A stretch of 64,000 nucleotides of DNA, taken from assembly GCA_965649765.1 (NCBI GenBank), contig OZ287751.1, positions 22,754,001 through 22,818,000 of the forward strand, given 5' to 3'. Positions 24,488 to 37,803 of this stretch are shown one piece after another. The stretch comes from Bispira polyomma. Taxonomy: Eukaryota. Numbering within the stretch: position 1 is the stretch's first letter; each line of letters starts with the position of its first letter. Under the pieces are notes generated by a model. It saw only the letters and a program-made list of their open reading frames with translations. It had not been told where the DNA came from and searched no databases. Both the position numbers and the translations under genes were made by a program.

Positions 24488-25235
24488 GTCCATTGCTAAT
24501 AGCCATATTTTTTATTTACCATCCTATTAGTATCATAAAGTTTTCAAATAGTATATTTTTTTTTGTCTTAATGAAAAGGTCCCTTTAAGCTACTGAAGTA
24601 ACTAGAAAGGCATTCAGTAGACTGGATACCTGCATTAAGGGGCCACAATGCCAAACAAGTGAAAACATACTTCTACTCAGATCTGCATTCAACTTAAGAA
24701 TAATGTTTCTTTTGCCCGTGCCCTAAAAATGCTAACAATAGTTTGATGATGATAATAATAATAAGGAGGCGCCACAGTGCCAAAGGTGCCACCTGGATAT
24801 GCATCAAAATTTAATGTATTTCTTTATTTGCCCCATTTCTCCACCACCTTTTATGCAAATCTATTTGGTAATTTTTTTTAATCCTTGTGACAAACAAACT
24901 GATACATGTGAAAACATAACCTCCTTGGTGGATGTAATCATTTCTATGATCAAATAGGCATGGTAAAGTGACGTCTTTCCCTCGAGTCCTTAAAATAGCT
25001 ACTCCAAATGATACTTGAATTCAAAGCATTCCTTGTGGAATTTAAACCAATTGTGACGTCTTCCCCATAATACTGTAAAAGTATAAGAAGCCGAAAACAG
25101 GGCCATTTAATGTAATCCACTAAGTCACATGTGTATCTGACTGCTGGATTAAAATAGATGGTTTGGATTTTTTGGGGGCTGTTGTATATTGATTTAATTG
25201 TTTTAAGTATCCCTTTCAATACTAGAATACTATTG

Positions 25236-25770
25236 CGATTTTAAAATCAGATCACGGTCCGACACTAAAACAATGGCGAACCTCAATTTGCACCGAACTC
25301 GACTCAAACTGATTCTTTGTGCGACTAGTGCATTCTTTTCAAGATCTTTCAACTGGTACTGGTTGGTAGAGTCACTTGTAGGTCGAGTTAAGAATTCGTT
25401 GCTTTCTCTATGGAATGCAATGCGAGGGTCTTATTAAACAACAACAGGGTAAACGATACACATGGCTGACATGACAGAAGGCGATCTTTGCTAAACTACC
25501 GTGAGATCTTTAACATGGCAATACATGGTTAATTTAACTCTTGCGATTCTAAAATGACCTTTGGTGCTGCATGTGACCTATTTGCGATAATTCATTTTGT
25601 AGCTAAATTGATGCACCGGTTATTTGCCCCAGCTGTGCACAGCGGCAATACAGTATGGTGTATTAGACAGCCACTGGATACGACCTGGGCATTTTTAAAA
25701 TGATTCCCGTCACCAATCACGAGCAATCAGCCTCACTTTAGGATCATACCGAGGTCTGATTTCAAAATCG
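25236..25770. mobile_element. MITE-like element with ~35-bp imperfect inverted ends
   Basis: CGATTTTAAAATCAGATCACGGT...CTAAA versus TTTAGGATCATACCGAGGTCTGATTTCAAAATCG. Confidence 0.65.
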
Positions 25771-26689
25771 TCAAAGTGGCTCATGTATCTAGATTAAGAA
25801 CTTCAAAAAATAGATTTTGTACACTTTCTGTTGCGATGTTATATGTAAGTGTGGACATTAGAAGCTACAGAAGCTAAACTTAAACCAACTGCATCAATAT
25901 ACAGAATACAGTAGAACCTCTATATTCTCCGAACTTCCATTATCTTAATATTCAATATTATGAACTCACTTTTCCTTTCCCAAATTCATACTTTATATTG
26001 ACATGCTCTCTTGTATTCTCTTATCTACACTAACTCTTCTCCTCCACACATGTTTCCATAATTGAGGCTCTACTACATACATCACAACCCATTCAGCTGC
26101 ATTCACATGTATATATATATATATATATATTAGTGTAGTTAATGGGTCATAATTATAGTAAAAAATTGTTTCCCTTTGTATAAAATTTGTATCGGGGAAA
26201 AAGCAATCTTCAGACAGGTATGGTCACTTTGTACGAAGGTGTAAATAGCTACTAAAGCATTAAGTGTGGGGAGGTGGGAGTGAGGTGTGGGCTGCTTGTC
26301 TACGGTGGCCTAATATGATAATAATGAAGAAGGTCATTACCTTTTTGTATGACTTATTAGTAAAAACTTTCTAATGAAGATAAATGTTGACGCCACTTTA
26401 TTGTGAAACCCGGCAGGTGGTCAGTATTTTGTTAAACTAGCAAGCTTGTTACTTTGGCCAGGGAGTGGCAGGGGTCATGGATGCAGAGATCACACTCTTG
26501 GTTAAAACCTTGGCAGTTGGGGTTCGGGTTTACTGACCTTGGCATATATTATTATTATGCATTTTTAACATTCTTGGTGTTAGACATCTTCTTAAGTGCA
26601 ACAGTAGAATCAGTGATCCAATCATGTAGTCAATAGGCATAGCATGGTCATAAGGAAAGATGTAGCGGTGTACAGGAGATACTTAGAGT

Positions 26690-26990
26690 GGGTACGCACG
26701 GTCAAAAAGATACATTTAAAGCTTTTTCCTAAAACCGAAAGTGTATCTACTGATCTGAAGTCTAATGGGAGACAGTCTATTGCCTCTCTTCAGACTCCTG
26801 AAAAAGAGAAGGGAGTTGAAGGGTTGTTGAATACAGCCTTCATAAATGTGGTTATATGAAATTTGAAAAAAAAATCTAGAGTGAATGGGAAGCCAATGTA
26901 GTTCTTTGAGGTAAGGAGTGACATTTGTCAGCCGCACAGGCGAAAAATCACACTGCATAGGTAATTATGAATGGACTGGAGGTTTTTAAT
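26690..26990 (-). mobile_element. L2/CR1-type LINE ORF2 C-terminal remnant
   Basis: Encodes VTPYLKELHWLPIHSR (HITP.L..LHWLP motif) and FRKKL. Confidence 0.75.
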
Positions 26991-29866
26991 CTGTGACTTG
27001 TGGGAAAGTTGGCAGTAGACTCGCTAAACTTGAGTCTTAAGCTAAACACATACACGTCTAAAATATCTTCTTATATAGTTAGTCTTTGGGTGCAAAGTTG
27101 ACACTAATAACCAAAGATCTGTTCTTATAACTGTCTTACTAGGGGAAAGATCAGAATCTTAACCTCTTTGGCCAAAATCTTTAGTTTAAGAGTAAGTTTG
27201 TCTATTTAGGAGCACTCCGAAAGTCTTCATTGATACCCGTGAGCATAAGTAGTGCTGTCACAAAAGTTTTGAAATGTTCAAAAGTTTCAGGCAGGGTACA
27301 CGTCTTGGTTTGTTTTGGAACGTTTCTTGTCAGTTGCGGTTTGTAATATTTTAGTGGGTGTTCATTAGCATCCCTCATATCTTTGTTTCTCATTAGTGAA
27401 TGTTTTGTCACAGTTACACCTTAACTTCCTGGCACTGCAGCTCAGGGAGATTTTAGCAGGTGAGGGGCAGTGATAAACGTACAGTCCGTAGGTTAACCCC
27501 CACAACTTAGGGTCACAGACGCAAGTCTAATTGAGACCAAGCCTTAACTTTTAATTTTGTCTACGTATTGTGCACATGACGTTATTATTTCAGCAGGTCC
27601 TATTAACTGGCCTCGTAACCTTGGCAACTAATGATGTTGACGATGTTTAACCGGGTAAATTACACTGAGTGGGATAAGACACATGTCTGATTTGATTAGG
27701 CAGGTAATAGCAGGTTGATTAAGATCCCCAAGGAGAAATCGTCAAAGAAAGTTGTTGACAAGAAATAACTGCAAAAAAACATAGCAAGGTTAACATGTTA
27801 CATCATATATGCTTGTGTAGAAGTCAATCAATGAAACAAATGGCCACACTTTTTTTCACTGTTTTTTATCAATTGCAGTCAAGAAAACAACAAAAAATGA
27901 GACAAATTATTATTTATTTCAATATATTTCAATAGCATCAAATTGATACTCGTATTTGTGTTCTCCAAGAAAATGATAGTTTCTGCCTATTATCATAGGC
28001 CAAACACAAACATTGTCAAACCAAGCTATTAAAAATATTCAACTATATAAGTAATGTTATTACATAACAATATTATTATATACAATTAAGCATGGCATTT
28101 TTTATTTTTTTTTCATTTTTTGATGGTTGGATGTTGTTGTTGTTTTGTTTTTTTGCTAGTTTTGACTTCCAGATGCAATATTTAGCATAAAGTATAATTG
28201 TATTGATTTGATTTGCAATGTTATTTTCATGCTCGTTTTCGAGTATTCCAAATAAAATTTCCTCCTGTGATAAAATTTGGCTTAAGTAACAATTGTTTTT
28301 TCATATTTCTTGAGTTGCTAGCCAAATTGTTTTAACGAAATTACATTCAGTAAAAAGATGTTTCAAAGTTTCTTTATAACAATGACACTACTCACAACTA
28401 TTAACTATTAAAAGCTTTGATTTTTTATTTAATAGAAAATACTATTAGTTAACACACAACGGTGATATATCTTATATTATCCTTCACTTTGTTCCAAATA
28501 TCTCTGTCAAGCCCATATTTCCCAGAATTTTTAATCAAACTAACTGAATTTTGTAATTTCTTATGCACAAGAGCATTATGTGGCGATTTAGACATCACTG
28601 AATTAATTTCAAATAATGTATTATTTATAGTAATACATGGTGTTTCATTAACCATGACCATTGTTTTCCAATTTACTGAGATAGAATTATTAGACTTTTA
28701 TACGATGTTGGAAGATGCTGAAATGATCTTAAGCTCAACCTAAACTTAACTGGGAGTCAAACTGGGAACATTTGTATCACCGGACCAATTAAGCAAATAG
28801 GCAAAGCAAGTCTAAAGAGAAAACTTTTGATGAACTAATATCATATTTAATTCCAAACACAATACTGTGAGCTAAAACTTATGGACAAAAATTCAGAAAT
28901 AAAAGTGTCAATTTTAAAAGCTAAAATGCCTTTTGTGCAAAACATAACAGATTTCTTAAATTCCTATTTCCCAGGTAATGAGCTAAACATAGACCTATTA
29001 AATATCTATGTGAGGTAGCTAATGATGTCACATGAGGTTGAAATTGAGTGAAAGTGATTAGCTAAGAAACTTGTCGTGACTCCTATGTGTCTCATTACGA
29101 GGTGACTGAACTTTTAGTCCTCATGGACAACAAAATCAGTTCACATTGGTTGACTATATGAGTGATAAACATTACAATTTTAATATTGCAGGGAGCAAGA
29201 TTTGATATATTCTACTCTTGTCAGTAAATTAAGTGATTTGCTCTACAAGACAAAAAAAATAGCAAATGATATCTGGTTTAATATAGTCTGTGCTTTTTTT
29301 ATTGTAAATAAAGTTGCCAGTGAAATATTTGTCATTCAGAACTTTGACCTTTATCTGCCAATTCCTAGAGGAGGGGGTTATGTCATCCACCCAAACTTAA
29401 CTTAATAAAGTTAAGATGTATCAGGAACAGCATGCTATTAATAAGCTATAAAAAACATATGTTTTCCAAATTTATCATCACCGTATTAATGTTATTATAA
29501 TTAAAGGTGTACTGTAAGCAATATATCTCCGAAAAAATTAGCTGTGATTTACAGATACACTTTGAGGTTTTGTTTCATGACATATCCAGAAAAACATGAT
29601 TATTCTAGGAAAGAAATTCCAAATAAAGGCTGACAAACAGATTTCAAGTCCAATTAGCCTGGTTTTTTATCAGATGGAGAGAAAAATGTTTACACTGCAT
29701 TAACCACAACGGTTCTCAACTGAAAGTCAAGCAGCACAGAATCCATTCAAAATGAAAAAGAAATAATTGAATTTTACAAGTTTCAGTTTGATTTTGTTTC
29801 ATCTTTTTAATAAAGGGGCTTACTAGAGTTTTTAAAGTTTTACCTTACACGAACTCATAATCTTCA

Positions 29867-30115
29867 GGGTGGTATTCACAACATTTTTTAGACTTAAACT
29901 TAGGAGTTAAAACTTACAATTTATTTTAACTATTCCAGACTGCCTCATAATGAGGAGATGTATTTGTGTAAAGGAGGGGGAGGGGGCAGTGTCACACCAA
30001 ACTCTGATAAGTTCTTGATGCCACTATAGGACTCTATCACAAAAACCTTTTACATTTGGTCAATAGTTCTGGCTAAAATCTCAGATTAAGTCTACCTCTT
30101 TACGAATACTAGCCC
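29867..30115. mobile_element. MITE with GGGTGGTATTCAC / GAATACTAGCCC ends
   Basis: Imperfect TIR of the same type as 8604-8994. Confidence 0.5.
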
Positions 30116-30450
30116 TCGGTGACTCACCCTATAGCTTGTGACTTTGAGTTAATTAAGACAGCACTAACAAAAACTGCAATTTGGGCATATTAGTTTGTTA
30201 CTATGTTAGATCTATATGTCATTTACACAGTCTCTAGAAATGTGGTTGTTTGATTTGAAGGTCAATGTAGTATAATTGACCTTGAAGTTTTAACTAAGTC
30301 TTATAACTTCGGAAATAAAACCTTTTGTAGGTGAGTTGGTAAGATGAAGTCAGATGCAGTTTGGGATAAGTTTATTACAAACTTTCTTTGCTTCTATATA
30401 TATCTATACACAAAAATTAAAATTAAAATTTTTAAAATGCCATAGCCAAA

Positions 30451-31431
30451 TTAGAATTTTGAAGAAATTATAGAAGCAAAGGTAGAGGGGATAATAGAAG
30501 CAGCGTGGGAGGTTGATTGAAGATAAGCCCAAACTGCATCTGATTTCTAACATCCATGTTTCTGAATGTGTTTGAGCTGTACATTTGAATTGAAGGCTAG
30601 TGATGCGCCTGATCGTCTAAAACAATGAAAAGGATGTTCCTCATGGGGAATGTTGAGGTATGTCAGTATATGTTTTAAAGCAATTCTTAATTTCGTGTCT
30701 GTTAGACATTTCCCTCTATCTGAGGGGTCCGCCAGCAATGGAGCCTTGCTAGACATTGGAAATTTGTTAAACAGGGTTTTTGCTGAAGTAACAGGGCATA
30801 ACCAGGGATTGCTTAAAGCAGGTAGTTGTATGATATCTGTATGTAATCTTTTCTGGTTTGTCTTCGACCATTTTAGGATCAAATGTATACCAGGGTATGC
30901 AAACAGCACATCATTTCTGGTTATATGTCTAGTTGGATCAAAAGAAGTTCCACAAGTGGAAGTTATGTTCGAGATCCTCAAAAAACAAAAATAAGCAAAA
31001 AGAAAGGCTGTCCTAAATAATTCAGGGCAGTACAACTGGTTACAAGCTTTTAAAAATTTCCAATAATTAGTGTAGGTCGAAGACACCCTTGACCTTTGGT
31101 GAGAATTTTGATGATAAGTCTATTGATTTTTGGTACAGTGCTAGTCTTGGATCATATAGATCAGTGTTGAGAATGTTCAGTGTTTTACAATTATGGCGTA
31201 TCGCCGACAGATAATTGTTTACCACTTTAGTTGAAATTCCTGTCTGGACCAAGAATTACATAAAAGATATAATGGTGGAAAAACTGAATGTATCATTCAA
31301 CTCATAATACACCGTGAATGGTATAAATAGCCTAAACTGATTGTCATATTTCTTTGCTGTTCTTGGTCTGTGACACTGTTTGATTCTATGGACTGCACTT
31401 GATAGTAACTGTCTAGCTGTCTCTGTCATTC
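30451..31431 (-). pseudogene. E2 tyrosine recombinase (stops at ~31260 and 30547, one frameshift)
   Basis: NNYLSAIR, FLRISN, KWSKT, LCPV, HCFRRSGA and HGC*KSDAVWAY. Confidence 0.93.
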
Positions 31432-31437
31432 CTGTAA

Positions 31438-34068
31438 TTATATTAAAGTGTCCATTAGGAACATATCTAATGGTACGTCGTACATGTCAAATTTCTCAGT
31501 AATTAATTCTCTAATTTTATTTCCATAATGTCCTAATTCATAGCAGTCTGCTATTACATTGTCTTGTCCTGCAATATGTTCTATTCTTATGTCAATATTG
31601 TATTTGGCACAGAGAAGCCAAATGTTTCTCAAACATAAGCTTAAATAACTGTCTCTAGTTTTGGACGACTGCACTACAGTGACTACTGCCATGTTGTCCG
31701 ATTTTATTTTAATTCTCTTATTCTTCCATTCTTATCCCCATAGTCATAATGCTATGAGGACACAGATCATCTCGAAATGCACTATCGAAAGTGACTGGGT
31801 CAAAAACATTGGAAGTGCTGTTTGGAAAACTCTGTTTTCCCACACACCACCTATTCCGGAGAGGCAAGCATCACCATGGAAAAGTATATCATGCTGTTTA
31901 TTCTCGTAATTATATTTTGTGGTTCCATTAAATTCTTTTAGAAATTTTAAAAACCACCTGAGGTCCTTGTGGAACTCTTCTGTCAAGTTTATCCATTTAT
32001 TATAACGCGAGTTTCACAGTAATGTCAGCATTCTATTCATAAAAGTGCAAGACGACTTTACACACCTTTGAATATATAGAAGCTTGCCCAAGAGGGACTG
32101 GTATTTGTTTTTCTTTACCTTTTTTAACGTTTCAAAAATGACACAAATGTCATATATTGAATTTAATTTTTCTTCGTCAATGCTCAATGTTTCTTTTTTA
32201 ATGTCAATTGTTATACCCATACACGTCACTCTTTTGCCTGGAGGGATTAATTTCTTCGCGTTAATTGGGAGACCAAATCCTGTGACTATTTGTTGCAGGG
32301 TTTCATAAGCTATGGTAGCCTTATCTTCATTTTCTACGATTATATAATCATCAACATAGTTGAACACTTTAAAACCTTTCTCTTGCATAATATACGTTAT
32401 GGCGTCTGATGCCATCATAAAGATAGAAGTGCCGTGTGTAAGGCCAAAAGTTAAGCTCAAATCAATAAAGTGTTCATCCTTCCAGAAATATCCTAGTTTC
32501 AGACAATCTAGGGGATCGACACGAAGATTACGGAACTCGTGCGCTATATCCACTTTCGCTAAGGTCGCCTTACATCCTAGGTATTTAATATGAGTCGTAA
32601 TCTGATCAATGGTCGGTAGTTTAAGGTCAAACTTAATCTCGTCATACTTGTCCTTTACTGTGCAGTCGTTGACTGATCTACCTAATGGGTGTGAAAGGTT
32701 CAAGATCAATCTGTGTTGATTGTTATCCTTTGGCCTTGTTAAAAGGGGGGAACAATGTATGTCTTTGTGTAAAGTTCCCCTAATTGGTCCTACTGTTGTT
32801 CCTCTATCTAATTCTGTTTCAAAATAATTATCGACTTCCTTAGGGTGTGTCAGGGCTGAAAAGTGATTTTTTACCTGTTTCACATCTAGTCTCTCTCGTT
32901 CATGCAATGAAATGGGGAACCCAAACTGAATATAATCGATTAAATTTTTGTTTGGGTAATTTTTTAAATATTTTTTCCAATTATCAACTTTTCAGTTGCT
33001 CTTAATTGGTATTCTAGCCCCTTTGTAATTAGGCTGATTTGTCTGTTTTATTTCTCCTGCTACTTTTATCAATGTCTCATAAGAATTTATATACACTTCT
33101 TCTCTGTCTGGGCCAATGAAGTTTAAATTCTTATAGTTACCAGGTATGAACCCATAAGATCTATTATCTTTTATTGTCTCCATAGTAGAAGTGTCATCCT
33201 TGGTATCACAGTCATTTTTGTCATTTGCGTCTATAATGTCCTCAAGTATGTCTGTGTGTTCCCATATGTCAGACGTGTCAGTCAAAGTGCATGTACTTTT
33301 GTTGATTGTTGTCTTGTCTTGTGTTTCTGTTTGTGTCTTTGTGTATTTGTATGCAAGTTTATTGTTTTCAAGTCTACAGATAATATCAATGATATCAGTG
33401 TAATACTGTGCACTAGTTATTTTTGTACGTGTGTGTGTTATGCTGCTTTTCACGTGTTTGTTTGTTTGATTTCTTCTATGTTTTGTGTTTGTGATATTTT
33501 TGAATTATGTGTCAATTAGTGTCATAGTCATTGTGCTATAAAAGATTACTGGCCAAATGTGTGCCAATGTATGTTTGGAATTGTGTAATGTTATTTGACC
33601 ATTCACATTAGTCCATCTGTATACTCCTGAAATATATGCATACACTTAAGATACAACATAACATAACTGAGACCCGTTAATAATGGGTACATGATTACTG
33701 AAATATACATCTACTGTGCTCAAGTTGTGCACAAAATTGTCTTGATTGTCATATTGTCCTGATATAGTGCTTGCTATAGAATTGCACTGATCATTAGCAT
33801 TTGTCTCTATATCACTATAGCTTTCACTTTTGATTACTGACTTATTAATATACTCATACTCTGTATCATTAATAATTTCATTCACTGTCTTATGTCTATT
33901 AATTAAATCACTAAAATTATTCTCAATGTTTTTCCCTACAATTTTGTGTGTATTTACATTTTTGTTACAGTAATTACTTTCTCCATGGTTCACTGCCTCT
34001 CCAGACTGTAAGTTGTCGGTGAAGTGTGAAGTGCACTTGGTTGTAGTAACTGTGTGCAGTCCCCCGTC
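31438..34068 (-). pseudogene. E2 pol: N/T/D-rich leader, RT, RNase H (fragmented)
   Basis: PNYKGARIP, RLILNLS, KVDIAHEFR, YVDD, GDACLSGIGG, HFEM and SDNMAVV motifs across ORFs 31438-33993. Confidence 0.93.
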
Positions 34069-35531
34069 CTATTGGGTTTGTGTTGTACTGACTTCTGGCT
34101 TCCCGTGAATTTTATAGCATTTTGCTTCTGGATGTGGGTTGTGTCGTTTGTTTAACCGGTAACAATTCGCACAGATGTGTTTGAAGAGTGTTAAATTCCC
34201 CTCATGATCGCCCTTGTGTTGACATGTATTCTTTTGATAATGTCTACATGGTATTTCGGACTTGTTGTTGGTCGGATTTGAGGGATTGGTTGTGGTCGAA
34301 TGGTTTGAAATTAATGCTTGGGAATAAGACAAGCGGTTCATCGCCCACTTATTTTCGTCGGTCCAACATAATCTCCCTTCCTCGATGTCATGCATGTTGC
34401 ACGCATATGCTCCGCGTGCAATTTGCCACGAAATGTTTGAAGTGTCTCTCAATGAATCTCCTAATTGTTTCAGCATGGCTGTGGCTATTAACTGATTTTT
34501 GACTTGAAGGATATTTTGTATTTGCCCTGCAGCAAATTGGGCAACTGTAAGTTCGTCGAATGATATGCACTTTTTACTTACTCCCAAAAGATTGCCCTCG
34601 TTGGGCCACCGAGCTATGGGGTCAGTAGTACAGATGTCCGAAATGTTGAAACGTCCTGTTTTCTTCTTTGTGGACTTACCCTGTGTGTAGTCTGTATTAG
34701 CCCAGATCTCATATTGCGCGAGTCGGCTGCTTACTTCATTCTGAATGAGCGATGATTGACACAAGACGTCTGTAGATGGGATGATTGAATCCTGCATGGC
34801 CTGTTGAGTGAGATTTGTAGTTTGTTGCATCTGTGTGTTGTACGCGGTGTGGTTCTGAGGTTGCTGTAAACCTGCAGCGAAATGGTGATGTGGAGCGTGA
34901 TCAGCATTGTAAGGTAGCTGAGGCACCTGGTTGTATTGATTCTGTGTTTGTGCGAAAACACTCAGAGTTGGCAGCAAGGCTCCTACTTGTGGTGTGGCTT
35001 GTGGCTGTATTCGTGACTGAGTGATATTGTGGACTTCACTACGAAATTCTGGTAACGGTAGCCGAGAACCTTCCTGAGGGGTTGTGTGTAACTGTGTAAG
35101 CGACTGTATATTGCTCTGAGAATCACTATAAGGAACTGGCTTGTGTCGTGTGGCAGTCACTGGTTGTTGTTGTGTTACTTCTGGTTTGTTAGTAACAGTA
35201 CCGGTTGAATGTGGATTGACCTTATTCTCTTTTAGACTGGACATGTCTGCTTGTAATTTGGAGACCGTTTCTAGAATGGTGTTCATCATAACTTGTTTCT
35301 GATGATATGCATTGCGGTAGAAAGAATCAGTACTTACAGCTGTTTGTGTTTCACTCACGGAAGTTGACGTGTCATGTTCCTCGTTCTGTGAATCACATCC
35401 CAGCATTCGCTCTAAGCCTTCTGGTTCTGATGGATGTCTGCACCTATTATTAGTGGCCTCTCATATGAAATATCACACCTCGAGCACTGTGCTATAGGTG
35501 TGGCTGCTTGTCATTTCTTTCCCCTGCCCAT
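34069..35531 (-). pseudogene. E2 gag-like ORF1
   Basis: 445-aa ORF plus upstream disrupted start MGRGKK*...CSRCDISYERP/TNNRC (ATG 35531); Q-rich middle; C-terminal CRHYQKNTC..H..HICANC..HPEAKC finger. Confidence 0.88.
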
Positions 35532-37095
35532 GTTAACGTCTATTATAATTGTATTATTATTTTGTTATAATTCCTCTCTGACTTATTAGCAGGTTGCCTA
35601 TAATATTCACGTATAGACTAAAACAATATATATAATATAAAAGTATGTAAAATGTCCATGTATAAAGTTAAAAACACTAAAAACTGTTATAGACTTCCAT
35701 AGATTTTCATATATTCAATATGGCGTCTTTATTTCCCAATTTTCTGATGTTGCTTGTGCAACTTCTTAAATTATAATGCCCATATAATAGAAAGGGCGCC
35801 AACACGCCTGACTGCATAAGCTTGCCATTGGCTTAAATAATGCATTTTGATAGGCTACTGCCTGGTAAACAATTTGTTTATAAGAAATACTGTAAAGTGT
35901 ACAATTTCTGCGACTGAGCGGTCATGCCTAAAATGCAGGGACTGTCACACTTGTAATGTTAGATAATAACACAAGATAAGACCACCTTAAACTGGACAAC
36001 TGAGGATGAACGTAGCATGCTTGTCTGCATGATTTGAAAATAAAGCCACCTTAAAATGGGTATCTTGAGATGACCTTAGCAGGCACTCCATACTTTGTTG
36101 ACATGCTTTATATTAAGGTTAACTTATAAAGTGATAATTATAAATTGATTAACAAGAAAGGCTTTCACATAACTAGTGGGAGCACTGACCCTGTTGATTC
36201 CACCCATCATCAGAGCTAAAGCTTACTTTACCTACTTATAAATATATAAACATGGGGAGGATGGATGGGGAGAGGGGGGCAGTGTGACTGAAGAGAGGGT
36301 AGAGGGGAGGGGAAGAAAGAGCTCAGTAAGTTGTGGTCTGGTTGGCTAATGAACTAGCTTTTTATGGACACACAGACACACACTGAGGCATGATTTCTTT
36401 ATGCCAGCAATAGACAGTCATCTTTTTTCGTAGTTGTGCTACTATTTAGACATCCTTCTAAAACAAGAGCTGTCTTTGAAAAAAAGACAAAGGTGCACTG
36501 GGTGAAATACATTAGCATTGATATGGCAGCGATATATTCTACGCTTGGCACCCCTACAAATATTAGTCTGACACCCTTCAGTTTGGACAGGTTAATTGGT
36601 TCCAACCATGTTCCTTTCATGAAGGTCTTACATATTATTTCTAAGATGGTGTTGCCATTTTCCAACATGGTGGCGCCCTTTTTAGAATGAAAACAGGAGC
36701 CTGATATAAAAAGTCTTTTCTGTTTATACCAAACAGGTCACATTCAATGAATGCAACACTAATCCCCAAAGTCAGCATGTCCCCTTTAGTCAAGTAACGT
36801 CCCCCGTATTTACATAGAAGTACTGATATGTCTATGTTTCTATCGGGACGGATGCATCTTGCAACTGTATTTTTGTTCGGGCTATGATATATCAAATAAG
36901 GTATTTTGATTCTGAATGTTATAACTTCTTTACATGTGGAATGATTTTTTATATTTGTTCATCAATTGGATTCAGTAAAATAAGATTTTATACTAAGTAA
37001 CCTTACATACTAATAAATATATGGGTTTTATGTACTTGTAGTCTCGATTCAGTTTCTGCAAGTTACACAAGTTCAATTGATAAGATGTGAAGTCT

Positions 37096-37803
37096 AAATG
37101 GTTGTTCCACAATGCCGATTTGGTCGCCGACCTTCCCGCTTTTAAGGTCTTGGACGTGTCCGTATAGGTCAGGAGGCATGACGTGGTGAACGTGGTGGTC
37201 AGGAAGGTAATCAAACATGTTTGATATTTTGAAAAAGTCCTCCGGACTAGCTCCCCGCACCCTAAAAACGGAAAGGTAGGTATCGCCAAATAAGTTTGAA
37301 TGGATTGTCATTATGTTACGTCTGATAGGTCTTATCTCACTCCCGGCCTGTCCTAATAACGGCCCGTTCCAATGTATAGGTCGGGGTCCAAAATGAAGCG
37401 AATGATGCAAACAGGGTGGTTTGAAAGAATATACCATTTTGTCAGATATTTTGCCATAGCAGTCCAGACCTTGATTCTTAGAAGTAAGATCGTGAGAGCG
37501 GGGGGCGGGGGGGGGGGGGGGGGGTACAGGTCTGTCACATCCTATCACCAATACTGTCGATCCTAGGGCAATTCGTCAGATTGTATTGCCAATACGTTTT
37601 ATCCTAAGTCGGGGTCGGGGAGGCTGGGCAGTTTCAGTACGGACTTCAAAGTCGATTTTGGTCGGTGTGCCGTCAAAACAGGACGCAATCAGTTACTATC
37701 ATTTTCCTGCCCAAAATATTAAATTTATTGATTTTCGCCTCGACCACCCTGACCTTAAAAATGGGCCCATTTTTTCAATCGTATTTGATAGTGTAACTAC
37801 CAC
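37096..37803. mobile_element. MITE, copy 2 of family shared with 9072-9710
   Basis: Inverted homolog of 9072-9710 (AAAATGGGCCCA.TTTT, CAAAATATCAAACATGTTTGAT); ends ATGGTTGTTCCACA / TGTAACTACCAC. Confidence 0.75.

Larger units (their letters stand above)
30370..35800 (-). mobile_element. YR retrotransposon E2 (decayed; ends approximate, terminal repeats not found)
   Basis: gag, RT, RH and YR fragments collinear with E1/E3 on the minus strand. Confidence 0.9.

Noticed and set aside
27202-27411. 69-aa ORF as a host exon
   Set aside because: No recognisable domain or convincing splice pair; within chance expectation.
35474-35502. Hairpin CACACCT..AGCAC/GTGCT..AGGTGTG as an RNA element
   Set aside because: It lies in codons for the E2 Gag N-terminal knuckle and has no counterpart in E1 or E3.
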